A stretch of DNA of 62,382 bases, filler included. It is 3 parts of 3 records of this genome, joined end to end, with 100 filler letters (N's around TTAATTAATTAA, not from the genome) between each part and the next. Parts side by side here need not be neighbours in the genome. Positions count along the whole stretch, not along the records: positions 1 to 28,170 come from DRR378314_1351; 2 more parts are not named here. The stretch is one strand, 5' to 3'. Below the pieces are notes generated by a model that saw nothing but the letters and a program-made list of their open reading frames with translations, made no database searches and was not told the origin of the DNA. Numbering within the stretch: the stretch's first letter is position 1; the number at the start of each line of letters is the position of its first letter. Positions 12,264-24,690 of the stretch are shown piece by piece. Both the position numbers and the translations under genes were made by a program.

Positions 12264-15200
12264 ATGTCTGGCATATTCGGGGCGCGCTCGGCATGTGTGC
12301 AGCCCGAGGAGCTTGAACGTGCGGATTCGCGCGAGGCCGTACAAGGCGCCGTACACGATGCTGCAGGCTCAGACACGGATATGCATGATGACGACCGGCT
12401 CGGAGCCGAAAACGGCGAAGCAACTTCCGACACGGAAAACATGCAGGACGAAAGCGAGGGCAGCGGTGCGTTTGTCTTGCGGTGCTCCATTTGCGTCACA
12501 CACAGCGCACACAGCGTGGAGCCTCTCCCGGAGCATCCTTTCAAGACGCTATCGCGCGTGAATTTCCACTCTATTTGCGTAGGATGGCATGAAATCTTAT
12601 TTTTTATGTGATTAGAAGGATTCGTGAGCGCCATGATGCTTCCTTTGAAGAGGAGCAAGCCTATCAGCTGCTGGCACGGTCGCAGGACGCGCGCTTCTGC
12701 ACGTATCGCCGACGCCGGGACGACTGACACAGTGCGTGGTGGAAGTGCAGACCGCGGCGCGCGTGCGCTCGTAGATGCAAGTCCTGGCGTAGGCAGTCCG
12801 TCTTCGTTCGATTATTAGCAGTGAGTGTCTCCTTTAGGACCGATTCGTAAAGTTTCGTTGGTAGACTGCTGCTCTTCGATTGTTTGGTATGAGTGAGTGC
12901 TACTCGCGCCACGCGTTCTATGGAGTCGAGCCCTTTTGTGTGCTACCCGCTGCTGCGTACAAGAAGCACCGCGTACCATAGAATGTGCGCCCCCTTGGTC
13001 GCCCTATACAGTGCTGCCCTTCAGCCTTCCCTCCCATCGATACAATGTGCCGGCACTTTAGCCCTTACGCGAGTCGATAGAGAATTTGCAGAGAGGGAGG
13101 CCGGGGAATTCGGCGGTTGCTTTGTCTTGCTAGGTTCTCCCGCGCGCCTCTGCGGGAAGTACGCGCACTGGCCTTTCTGTACACAGCTGCTGTGAGCACG
13201 ACGTACGTGCCCGCTGTGCGAAGACAATTTCCTTGACTTCCAAGTTCGTTGTTGTGCCAACCTGCGCTCTTGCTCTCTGTCCACGTGGATACTTAACTGG
13301 CGGTGTATGTGATTGTGGTTTACGTTTCGTTTCGCGATCATATCCGCGTGTCAAAGCCGCGCGCGCAGAGCGTATTGCCAAACAGTGTCCTGTCGGGGAT
13401 ATCCACCTGCCCCGCACTGACATTGGTGTATTCGTTCCGGGATGTCATTGCCAAGACTTTTGCAATATTGGTTTTGATTTGTTTATTGTTTGTTTGTTTT
13501 TCGTTCCTACCGGCGTCGACTGTGCAGAGCCCTCGAGTGGAAAGTTCATGTGGAAAATTCCAAACTTTTCAAAAGTCACGGATCATAAGCTGTATTCGGA
13601 CGTGTTTACCGTTGCTCGTCAGAACTGGTGCGTTCCAACGTCGGTGACCAAGGTTGTTTGAGAATGAAAATGCGGAATGCGCACGTGCTCCTGTATCACT
13701 GGGCGATCGTTGTTGCTTCGCCGCGTAAAAGTCGGATTGAGTCCGGCTTGCCGTACCTTACGGAGCAAAGTATGCTTTGGTCGGACTCTCGGTACTTCAT
13801 TCCGGGTCCAGTGCTCTACGATGCGATTGTGAGTATTGAAAAAAAAATACCGCATCGCCCTCTGTACAGCGCTCTGCAGGAGCGGCTTTGTTGCTATGTA
13901 ATGCGCATGGATACCTGTGAGCGGCTCGCTGCGCGCACTGGGCCGTTGTTGGCGAGCACGCCCGCTGTCCACCGTTCTTCAGTTTGTACAAGCATTCTTC
14001 TCTGTGCATCTCTTTAGATCCCGTGAAATGGGTCTGCGATGTATATTGATTTGGTTTCTGCTGCTATTCCTTGCGTATGCAGCCGCTGTGCCTGGCGTAC
14101 GATTATGCCTGCGGGGCCTGGCAAAGATCGCTGTGTCCTTGATGCTCTGTTGCACTTGACCTTGACTAACGATGCCCTTTCTTTCGTTTTTATGCTCGGC
14201 TTGAATTCGCAATATCAGGCGGATACTGATTTTCCCGCGCGGAAACAACTGCAACGAGCTGTCCGTGTATCTGGATTGTGCCGACAGCAAGGTGTTGCCG
14301 CCCGGCTGGTCGCGATTCGCGCACTTTACGCTTGCTGTAGTGCATCCTTTCGATCCTCGCAAGACACACAAGCGTGACGCGACGCACCGTTTCTTTTCGG
14401 AAGAGTCCGATTGGGGATTCACGCAATTTTTGAAGCTAAGCGCTCTGCACGACCCCGAAGCTGGGTACTTGAATTGTGACGCCCTTGTTCTTGAGGCTGA
14501 AGTGACTGTGCTGAAGGAGACATCCTTCCAGCATTATGGCCCGAATTGGCAAGGATGGAACTACGATAGTAAAAAGGAAACGGGCTGCGTGGGATTAAGG
14601 AACCAAGGCGCAACGTGTTACATGAACTCCCTGCTGCAGGCGCTCTTTCACACACAGCGCTTCCGACGAGCAGTGTATCAGATGCCTGTGGAGACCGACG
14701 AGGGAACGAGCAGCGTTTCGCTTGCGCTGCAGCAAGTGTTCTATGATCTGCAGTTTAGCAACTCGAGTGTTGGGACAAAAGGTTTGACGCGCGCTTTCGG
14801 ATGGGATTCGTACGAGGCGTTTACGCAGCATGACGTGCAAGAGCTGAACCGGGTGCTCTGCGACAATTTAGAGGAGAAGATGAAGGGCACCTCCGTGGAA
14901 GGAACGATTGCGGACCTTTTCAAGGGCGAGTCGCAAAATTTCATCGAGTGCGTCAATGTGGACTATTCTTCGCGAAGGACCGAGCCGTATTACGACCTGA
15001 GCCTCACGGTGAAGGGGTGTGAAGGTGTGTACGACTCCTTCAAGAAGTATGTCGAAGTGGAGATGCTCGACGGCGACAACCAGTACCAGACTGAGAAGTA
15101 CGGGATGCAAGATGCTCGCATGGGCGTCGCATTTCGATCGTTCCCCAAGGTGCTGCATCTGCACCTTAAGCGCTTCGAGTACGACATCATGCGCGACGCA

Positions 15201-18200
15201 ATGGTCAAGGTCAACGATCGGTACAACATTCCCGTCCATCTCGACCTGAACCAGTTTTTGACGGAAGACGCCGACCGGAGCGTCTCAAATGAGTACAGCC
15301 TCCACTCTGTGCTGGTGCACGTAGGCGATCTGCACGGTGGTCACTACTACGGCTACATCCGCCCGACTGCTGTCGAGGGCGGACAGTGGCTCAAATTTGA
15401 CGACGAGCGCGTGGTCAAGGTGACGGAGGACGCCGTCCTCGACGACAGTGTTGGCGGCTTTGACGAACACCCGACCGGCCGTCGCCTTTCATCAATGAAG
15501 CGCTACGCGAATGCGTACATGCTCGTGTATGTCCGTGACGCAGACCGTGATGACGTGCTCAAAGAAGTGACTGAGGAAGATATTCCGAAGCATTTGCGCG
15601 AGCGCTTCGAGAAGGAGCGCAAGGCTGAGGAGGCGCGCCGTAAGGAGCGCGCGGAGGCGCACTTGTACTGCACGATCAAGTATGCGCTCGAGGACGATAT
15701 GCGCAAGCACCACGGGGTGGATCTTGTGAGCGTGGACGCGCTGCATGCGCTCCGTATCAAACGCGAGCGCACGGTGGGCGAGTTGCGCGAGGAGCTTGCG
15801 GCGAAGCTGAATATCTCGTCGCGCCGCGTGCAGCTGTGGACCTGGGTAACGAGGCAAAATAAGACGCATCGACCCGACGTGCTCCTCTCCGTGAACGACG
15901 ACGATCGCATGCTGCAGGAGGCGTTCCGGCTCGCGCGCGTGGCGGAGCAGGAAATCTTTGTTCGGGTCGGCCCGGAGGAGTGGGAGGAAGCGGAGCACCA
16001 GTCGGATGATGTGACAAGCAACGACATTCTGCTCTTCATCAAGTCGTTTGATCCTGCCACGTCGAAGCTCGCATACAAGGGATGTCTCGTCGTCCAGGCC
16101 TCTGAGGGGATTGTAGAGGCAGCTGGAGGCATCAAGGAGCTCGCGGGATTCCCCAGCGACTCTCAGGTGCTGATATACGAGGAGGTTCGTCCGACTATGA
16201 TCGACGCGCTGAGCGTCAAGGGGACATTCCGCGAGGCGGAACTCGACAGCGGCGATATCCTGTGCGTGCAGCTCGACCCTCCGACATCAGCTCCCGATGG
16301 CGCTCCGTTGACAGTACCGGAGTACTTTGATCGGGTCGTGAACCAGGTCAATGTGCGCGTCCGTAAACTCTCCGACCCGGACGAAGAGGGCGTCTCCCTG
16401 CCGCTTTCTCGGAAGATGCTCTACGACGAAGTCGCCGAAAGTGTCGCCAAGGCCGTGAACGTCCGCGATCCGATGTGTCTGTCCTTTACAGCGTACAATA
16501 AGCAGCAGGACGGCCCGCGATCGCACTCGATCCGACGCTCGCCGGACCTGAGGCTCACTGATATGCTGTCAACGAAGGAGGACCACGACGATGTGCTGTA
16601 CTACGAGGTGCTCCCCTATTCAGTCCTGGAGTTGGAAACGAAGAGTGCCATCAAAGTGGAGTGGCATAACCGCAAGACGGAGACAGAGGTCCGTAGAACG
16701 AGATGCCGCAGCGCATGCGGCCGGAAGGTGCCCCTGCATTGTTGCCGTGTGCTCGAACTGGTGGTGCTGTTGCCGCTCCAACCTTGTTGGGGGGGCAGGG
16801 TTCATTTTACCATGCATGCTTGCATAGCGGACCTTCTTCTTACCGCTTCCATCCCCCTATGATCGAAGTCACTTGCCCTCGCGTGGATCGTGGTCGTTTC
16901 CATTTGCAGTGGCTATCCTGAGCAGCGGTGTGTAGGTCTGCGCGTTCAAAGCGTAGTGTCCAGCAGTCCGCGTCGCTTTCTTATAGGGATCGAGCGCGTT
17001 GTCCGCGCGCCGAGGCTTCCCACGCCAGCTGGCCGAAGCACGGTATATCACGGTCGCAGAGAGTGCCTCCACGAGAAGGCAGAATGTGAGATGCTATCAT
17101 TGCGCGCCCTCACAGGATGGCGCGGAACTACCCGCCCCCACTGCAGCTTCTGCGTGCTGACGTACCTGTTTGCTCACTGTGGCCGGATTGCGGTGATGGA
17201 TCCGTGGCGTGTTTCCGCTCGTTGTCCAGGCCGAATATACCATTCTTGTACCGAAGGACGGTACGCTTGCGGATGTCGCGGCGCAGCTCAAAGAGCGCGT
17301 CAACCTGGACCCGTCGACTCCAATCCAAATCGTGGACGCGTGGCAGTCGCGCATTGCCAAGATCCTCCCGGAAACGGTACCTGTGCAAGAGGTCAGCTCG
17401 TACCTGGATCTCTTTGCAGAAGAAGTCACCGATGACCAGCTGAATCTCGGCGAAGATGAGTTTCTGTTCAACTGCGTACACTTTTGCCCAGATGCGGGCA
17501 TCTACCACTTCTTCGGCAACCCGTTCAGAATGAAGGTTACGGATGTACGTTTTGTATATGATTCGTGCAGTGATGTGCCGGTGGAGCTTCGCGCCATCCG
17601 CGTTTTTGGCTTCGCGCGGCCACTGTTCCGTCGCACACCACACTAGCGCTCCAGTGCAGAGCTTGCGATTTGCGGTGAGCAAAGAGGCAACAGTGTGGAA
17701 TATGTGCACCGATGGCATACTCTGTTTGGCGGAATTTGATAGTGTACTCATGTCCAAAAACCTGGCGTGTTTGTGCTCGTGGTATGCTCGTGCTATAGGG
17801 AGAAACCGTCAAGTCGATCATGGAGCGGATTCGCGAGCGCCTGGAAATTCCAGAGAGCGACTTCAGCAAGTGGAAGCCCGCGCTCGTCTCGTACGGGAGA
17901 AAAGAGCCGCTCAAGCCAGGTGCGCATGACTAATCGATCGCTACTGCTGCTTATGTAGTAGCGAGCGTTCCGGAACCTTTTGGCTCGCCGTGCGTTCGCC
18001 ACGTTGTCGCATTTGCCTATCTATGTGAACGTTTGTGTGTATCATTGGTGTCGGTGCTCCCCATTGCTGGGAAGTCGTGCTATGCTGCTCAGCAGGCGCT
18101 TCGCAGTGGCAAGATCGCTCTGTGCATGCGCCCTTGGTTTCCCCCACGGCGTTGAAGCAGAGCGCGCGGCCTGAGATCTCTATTCATTCGTCCAACCAAT

Positions 18201-18428
18201 CAGTACCTGTTTTCATGATTGCGATTTGGTTGATTTACCTGTGAAGATGTTCATTTCAGTTCTGAGATTGCCCTCATCGATGTTGTGCTGTGGATGCGTG
18301 GGCATTACGCAGAGGACACTGTTTCGCGTAAACAGGTGGTGCCAAACACGTTTTTCGGTCTGGAGCACGCCGATGCGAACTTCAAGAATTCCTTGCGCTC
18401 GGAGCGCGCTGTGAAGATTTACAATTAG
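12264..18428 (+). CDS. USP7: Ubiquitin carboxyl-terminal hydrolase of USP7/UBP12-13/Ubp15 type (MATH + USP catalytic + C-terminal Ubl domains), spliced
   Basis: Exons 12264(start uncertain)-12465, 13528-13627, 14219-16688, 17230-17544, 17799-17919, 18313-18428, all in phase (about 1107 aa). MATH motifs (FMWKIPNFS, WRILIFPRGN, DWGFTQF), Cys box GLRNQGATCYMNS, His box HGGHYYGY, WLKFDDERV, C-terminal GLEH...AVKIYN. Confidence 0.95.
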
Positions 18429-18952
18429 GCTCGAAAAGATGTGCTTGAGCGGTACTGCGGTGGCCACACTAAACGATCGCGCGCATATGCTGATACTCTC
18501 CGACGTGCCCCGTTGTGATTTGTGGCTATTTTTGGGAGGGTTGGGAGCGGCTCGCGCAGCGCGTGGGCTCGCTGGCGCGCTACGCCCGAGTACCTGATGT
18601 TGAAGGCACGGCGCGGCCGATTGTTGAGACCTCTGGAGTTGTGTGCAGCAATTGCGCATTGATGCCGTACCTGTGCCTGCTCGAAAGAGTCTCTGTATTC
18701 GCTGCGCGCGGTGTCTCTGCCCGAGAGCGTCCAGGCAGGTGTTTGCGCGCGTCCGCTGAGGCGTGAATGAACGTGCTGCTTCGTCGGCCGGCTGGGATCA
18801 GCACTGCGCACCCCTTGTCGCCTCGTGCGCCTTTCCCCTCTTCACATCGCCCTAGCAAGAGCGCAGCGGCGCGGCGGCAAGGTTCCGCCCCTCCCTTCTC
18901 CGCGGCCTCCTGTGCGGCCTTCCTCTTGCGCGGGTGCAACGTCGAGCTGGCA

Positions 18953-21602
18953 ATGACGGACTCGCCTGCCACACCGTCGCGAGGAGGCGGACGGGCGCGT
19001 CGCTCGCGCGGCGTGCCGCAGTCGCCCAGCCTGTACCGCGTAGTAGTGCAGGAGAGCGACGGCTCCGAGGTCGCTCGCCTCCTTGGCGCCGTGGACGTTC
19101 GCGACCCAAGCGTACGGACTGCTCCAGTGGAGGAAACGGTCGGCGGTGTGCTCGACCGCTTTGCCTCGTACGTTGCAGATTATCAGCGCGCGCGCTGGTA
19201 AGATATCGGGTCGTGTGCCTTACGAAAGGGATGCGGCTCGCAATCGCAACGTGCGTGCCGCCGCGGAATAGCTGCGCGTAGAGGAAGGGCAGGTTTTTAG
19301 TTCGCACGAGCGCAGTCGCACGCAGGCGAGCGGCGTTTGCCCGGCGCAGCGCCCGGGGCAGCACGCCCTGCCCGACAACCCAGGATCCTTGCGCTGCGTA
19401 TACACCTCCAAGGCTCCATAGATCTCAGCAACGCCTCATAGGGCGAGCGCAGAAGGGCGGCTGTCGGCAGCAGCCCGTGGCGCGGTGGCCGCGTGCGCTT
19501 CCTGTGCCTGTGCCCCTGGCAGAGCTTTGGTTCGTCTAGGCGAAGGGGAGTGAGTGTGCGTGTGCGCGCGAGCGTGTCTGGCTCTTCGCCCTGAGAAAGC
19601 GTCGGAAAGAGTTCGTTGATCTCGTTCTTTGCATGAATTGTAGTAAACGTAGCGTCTCTGTGTTGCAAGAGTCGAGACTGCGCAGCACTTGATCGAGCGG
19701 AATGGGGTAGTGCCCGCGCCTTCGAGAGCGCTTCTCGCACGGGTCGTTTCGCCGGCCACTCTCCGCAGGCCCTTTCGTTTCGCGAGTGAAATGCTGCATT
19801 CGGGATACATGCGCATCCATCCGTTTCCCCGCGCACGCGAGCAGTATGTTGGAGGTCTTCTCACAAGGTTTGCACGCCGTAATGCTTCTCTCGTTCGTCG
19901 ATGTGGTTGCAGTGCCGGTGCGCTCGCTGGGGAGCTGGCGGCGCGCGCGTTTTCCGTGGTGACGAGCGACGAGTTCGTGTGCGACCCGACGGCGCCGTTC
20001 GCGTTCCTCTTCCCGCAGCCTGCGACGCTCATCGTTCGCCTTCGGGCATCTGGGACGCGCGCGGCTGCAAAGGCGCGAAGAGGTATGCATACGAGTACCC
20101 GAGTTCCACCGTGATCGCTGTGTCTTATATTTGAGAATGCGGGAACAGAGAATGCGCCGTCTGCGCGACACGCTGCCAGGGGAAGTGTGCGGCGGGCGCG
20201 TGTCCCTTGTCGCTCCGCGCCGCGGCGTGTTCTCTGAAGCTGCGCGCACCTGGTGCCTTTCGGGCCCACTTTCCGACCCGCTTTCCCCGCACCGACTGTC
20301 TCGTACGGGTTACCGTGACGTGCATGGACTGGATTCTTACGCTTGTATTCTCCCTGTTGTCTATGCCGTGGGGCGTGGAAACTCTGCGCGTTTCCAGTTG
20401 CTCCTGACCAAGGCGCCAAGGCGAAGCGCGGCGAAGAGAATCGCGCGCCGCCCGTCGTTGCCGGAGTCTCCCTCACGAAGTCAGCTCCTGTCCACTCAGC
20501 TCGCCATACCACAAGCTCTGACTCGAGTCAATCGCAAAACAAACGACGAAAAGCTGAGGTGGAGTCGTCTGCGAAGACGAGCGGCCATGATGAGGGATCT
20601 GCCGGATCCGGCGGCGCCGAGACATCCGGCAAACACACAGTCGGCAAGCGGGCAGTGACCAGCAGCGACACGAAAAAGCCTGCCGTTTCTTCTGATAGCC
20701 ACGACAAGGTCGATCCTGTCAAGCTATCTACAGCGATTGGCGGTATATCGAGTCCCGTGCGCTCGAACGCAAGTGGGAAAGCAGGGGCCCAGGCGCCGCT
20801 CCCGCCATCCGCCAAGGGCGGAAAGGCTGGCGCCGACAGCGCGAAGAGTGCTGTCGGGGAAAAGCGAAACGGCGAGGCCAGCAACGACAAGCCGTCTTCG
20901 AAATCCGCAGCAGAGAAGCCGCGTCGCGTTGGGAATGATAATGTACGTGGCGAAACGGCAGCGTCAAGTGCGTCGAGCTCGTCGAGCTCGTCCAGCTCGT
21001 CCAGCTCGGAGAGCTCCAGCGCATCAGGATCCGCTTCCGACGCTGCATCGAGCTCTTCGTCGACATCCAAGTCCTCCTCTGATGCGAGCTCGTCAGAAGA
21101 GAGCCCGCGCGCTCGTCCCGCACAGAAGCGCAGCGGGACGAAGCGCAAAGAGCCGACTAGCGAGCGCGAAAAGCACGCCGGCAACTCGTGGATGCAGGCG
21201 TTCGAAAGCCTCGACAAGAAAGGTACGACTTTCGTCGCGTAGCGATCTCCGTGTGGGCTGCGGCGTGCTCGCGTGGAGACCCGCCATATATTCATTGAGC
21301 GCTGCGCCGCGCGTTGCTTCCGCACATCGCACGAGGGTACGTTGCCTATGGCAGCAGTGCACCGCCTCGGTCTCGCTCTCGCTAACCGGAATATACGTTC
21401 CGCGTATCGTGCGCCCGACGCCGTCGTGCATGTGCTGCTCGTTGCAGCGGAAGTGACCGCCCCGGACCCGGCCGCGTCGGTCACGGTGCCTGCGGACTTT
21501 CTCTCGCCGCTTCAGCGGCAAAAGCGGCGCAAGTCTTCGCAGCGCGTGCGTACGCCCGAAGAAATCAGCAAGCTCCTAGACGAGGAACAAGACTGGCCGT
21601 AG
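18953..21602 (+). CDS. Unknown protein: small globular N-terminal domain plus long Ser/Lys/Ala-rich low-complexity tail, spliced
   Basis: Four GT-AG exons in consistent phase: 18953-19197, 19913-20082, 20398-21222, 21448-21602 (464 aa). Poly-Ser tract and basic NLS-like clusters (KRRK, KRKE, RQKRRK). Confidence 0.7.
20961..21100 (+). repeat. Degenerate 9-bp tandem repeat (TCSAGCTCG) encoding poly-Ser
   Basis: tcgagctcg tcgagctcg tccagctcg tccagctcg... inside exon 3 of the 18953-21602 gene. Confidence 0.75.
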
Positions 21603-22588
21603 CGCCCGCGCGCGGGAGTACCTATGCCGCTGCTAGCGTGTGTGCGTTGCAATACACTTGAACCGCGTCACAGTGCGATCGAAATGAATCGGAAACGCGC
21701 AGCATGAGAATGGTGAATTCTTTATTCGCCACAAAACACACCCGTACCCACCTGGACACGTTTGAAGACCGGAAGGAGGTAGCCGCAGCGCTTCAGAGGA
21801 GCCTCGGCTGAGGGTGAAATCACCGCAGGCGCGAGACCCCTTTCGAGCGCTGTCAGACGCCTCCGGGCTCACTGGCACACGTCCGCCAAGAGCTATCCAA
21901 TCCAACAAGGATCAAGAAATACAACACTCTACAGTCTCTGGACAATATACTTCGGCCAGAACCAAAGGGAAACACGAGCGCACAGGCACTTTGCCAGTGC
22001 GCTTCAAGCAACGGGCTCTGCGCGCACGCGTCGGCGCGAGTCGCAGAAACCGGGAGCTTGAGGAAGGAAGCAACCGCCCCTGTGCGGTACTCCAGAACCT
22101 TTCTCCGGAAAAAGAAAGTCGAGAAAGTTTGAAAAAAAAAGATACACTCGAAGTACGCGCTCGCGACGTTCTTTTGCGAAAAGAAAAGCTAAAGTACGCC
22201 GCTCAATCACTCTCGCTCTATGTCTCACTCTCTACGTAGATCGCGCTAGTACGCGCTAAACCACACTTCACGCTTCCCTCGGCAGGGGAAACGAGATGAA
22301 ACATACACACGGAAACGAAGCAGACGCACTGCGATATAGGCAGTACATCCGCGCGTTTCACTGCTCGAAAAACGAGCGTTGCAGCGGGAAAGCACAGTGC
22401 TTTCTCCGCCGCAGCCTTCTTCGCCGGCGACATGCCGACCCAACTCTCCCTCCTTGGCGCGACATCCGCTCCAGCACGAAGCCAACAGACAGCAAAGTCT
22501 CGACCAAGGCAAACCTGACCGTGCCCATTCCCCCTGCACAGCAGCAGTTTCTGTGCACGGCGTCTCGATCTCGCGGGCCAAAGCGCCA

Positions 22589-24690
22589 TCAGAAGAAGAA
22601 CCGCCTCATTTTGGGCAGCGGATGGGCGACATCTTCGGAGCTGCGGCGGCGACGGCGCGACACGAGCGCGGTGTTGCCGCCAGCCGGTTCCGTCCCGCTC
22701 TGGTTGATCTCGTCCGCAATCGCGGAAAACCCGTACACAGAAGGCGATAGTGTGGCCCCCGCGCGCGGTGCCTGTTGCCGAGCATGCATGTAACGCACGG
22801 ATTCAGGGCTATCGCCATCGACAAGGCGGCGGACGACATCGGCGACGTGCTGCTCGGGGATCCCGAGCGAGCCCGCAAGCTCCAGCACGGCACCCGAGCA
22901 CCCGCTGCAGGATCCTTCCAGAGCGAGCTTCACGGCTGCTGTACCAATGACACTGGGCGCGTAGCGCAAGCACCACGAGTTGCGGGACGCAAATCGGACG
23001 TGCTCGAGGCAACAGGCAATCAGTTTGTCAAAGTCTGTGCTCTGCTGGAAGTGCCCGTCGCGCCGCAGCGCCATCAGGACGTGATACGCAAAGTGCAGCG
23101 GCGAGAGTTCCGATATGAACCAGGCAACCGTTTTGAGCACATATCCTTCGAGGTCCCGACGCGTCCTGCCATCAATTCGAACTTGCAGGATCTGCTGCAG
23201 GTCCTCATTGGATATTATTTTCTCATCGGCGTACTTGGAGGCTATAGAGACGCACATGGCGGACAGGAGCCGTGCCGGCGGCAGGGGGCGGTCCGAACGC
23301 GCACGAACACAGCGCAGGAGCACCAGTTCCGCAATACCTTCCGTGTACGCCGGCGCACCGAGCAGAAGACACATCTACAAACGCAACACAGGACAGTGGG
23401 AAAAAATATAGCAGGTTCGTCAGTTCCTTTACATACGCACCCCGGGTTTTAGAAGGAAGAAAAGAAACGGTGAAGTAGAGGCAAGACAGATTGCGAATGC
23501 AGTGGGGAGGTGCGTGAGAGGCGTCGCTGACTAGTCTTGCGTTTCTCACATTATGGCAGATCGCGACATACCGCGCACGCGGGCTGCAGAAATTCGTGTC
23601 GCCGACACTGACGCAAGACCCAAGAGGTACATATTTATGTCGGTGTAGCACCATCGCTCAGTACGAGGGCGACGAGGACTCGTTCCTCCAGGATCGCCTG
23701 ACCCTGAAGTCACGCGCGTCGCTGCTTGCGAGCGTCGCGCAGCGCAAAGCCTGAGCAAGAAATTCTCTTCCAGACGTGCGTTACGTGTATACGCCCCACG
23801 ACATAGATACTACATTTTAGGTACAGGTTCCGCATCGGTGTCGTTGAACAGGACCAGACCGAGCAGCGACAGCAGGGTGCGACGCCGAGGCGTCTGCGCC
23901 AAGCGCAACGTGACTCACTGCGCCGCCGCACAGCGCCGAGACCAGCACTCCGCAGAGCGAGGCGACACCGAGATCCCACACACGCGCGTTCCCGCCCGCA
24001 AGCGCGCTATTTGCCAGGAAACTACAATCGCGTGCTTCCGATGCAAGTGTATCGTCTGCACTTCCCTTGTAGCTATAGACGAGACAGGCAAGGTGCCAGT
24101 GGAGGAGGAAAAACATCCGCGTTGCGACTCCGCTGCCCCGGGGAAGTTCGCAGTGCGGGAGCGCGGGTCCGGGTCCGGGTCGGGGTCGCGGCGCGGCGCG
24201 ATTGCCAGGCGCGCGGCGACAATCGTAATCCGTGTTACGTCCCGCGGAGACTCCTCCAAGGGGGCCCGCGGGAGCCAGCGAGCGCAACGCGTCCCCACTG
24301 CCGCTACTTCCACCCTCAGTCCCGTCCTTTTCCCCAAACCCGCGGGACATATATCGCCTCACAAAAAGCTACGAAACATCAGAAATTATCGGAATACAAA
24401 TACTTATTCGTAAACTTCTCGCGAGGAGAAGTGTGGGACGGCGGGAGTCCCGTCAAGCTCACCTCCGCAACGTGGCTCTCCGGAACCACCTGCTCTTTCT
24501 CAAGCGGCTTGCGCCGCGAAGGCAAGTTGGACGCCCGCTCCTCGCACACCGTTGCGTGCTTCAGAACCGCGACATGGTCGACGTTCTCCTCGTCGCAAAT
24601 CGTTTCTTTTTGTTCTTCCGCTTGTGACTGCGGAGTTTCTGGCTCCAGAACCTCCAAGCTCACCAGAGGACTGAATCCGCCGAAATCCAT
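22589..24690 (-). CDS. Divergent cyclin (cyclin N and C domains), spliced
   Basis: Exons 24404-24690, 23919 (or 23949)-24072, 22589-23374 in phase. Cyclin-fold motifs LLSAMCVSIASKYADE, LEGYVLKTVAWFISELSPLHF, LRYAPSVIGTAAVKLA. Confidence 0.8.

Noticed and set aside
18215-18266. C/D-box snoRNA-like motifs (ATGATTG...CTGA) in the last USP7 intron
   Set aside because: Imperfect C box, only about 50 nt, and no terminal stem or identifiable guide.
20528-21484. 318-aa minus-strand ORF with ELDELDELD repeats
   Set aside because: Antisense reading of the poly-Ser exon of the 18953-21602 gene.
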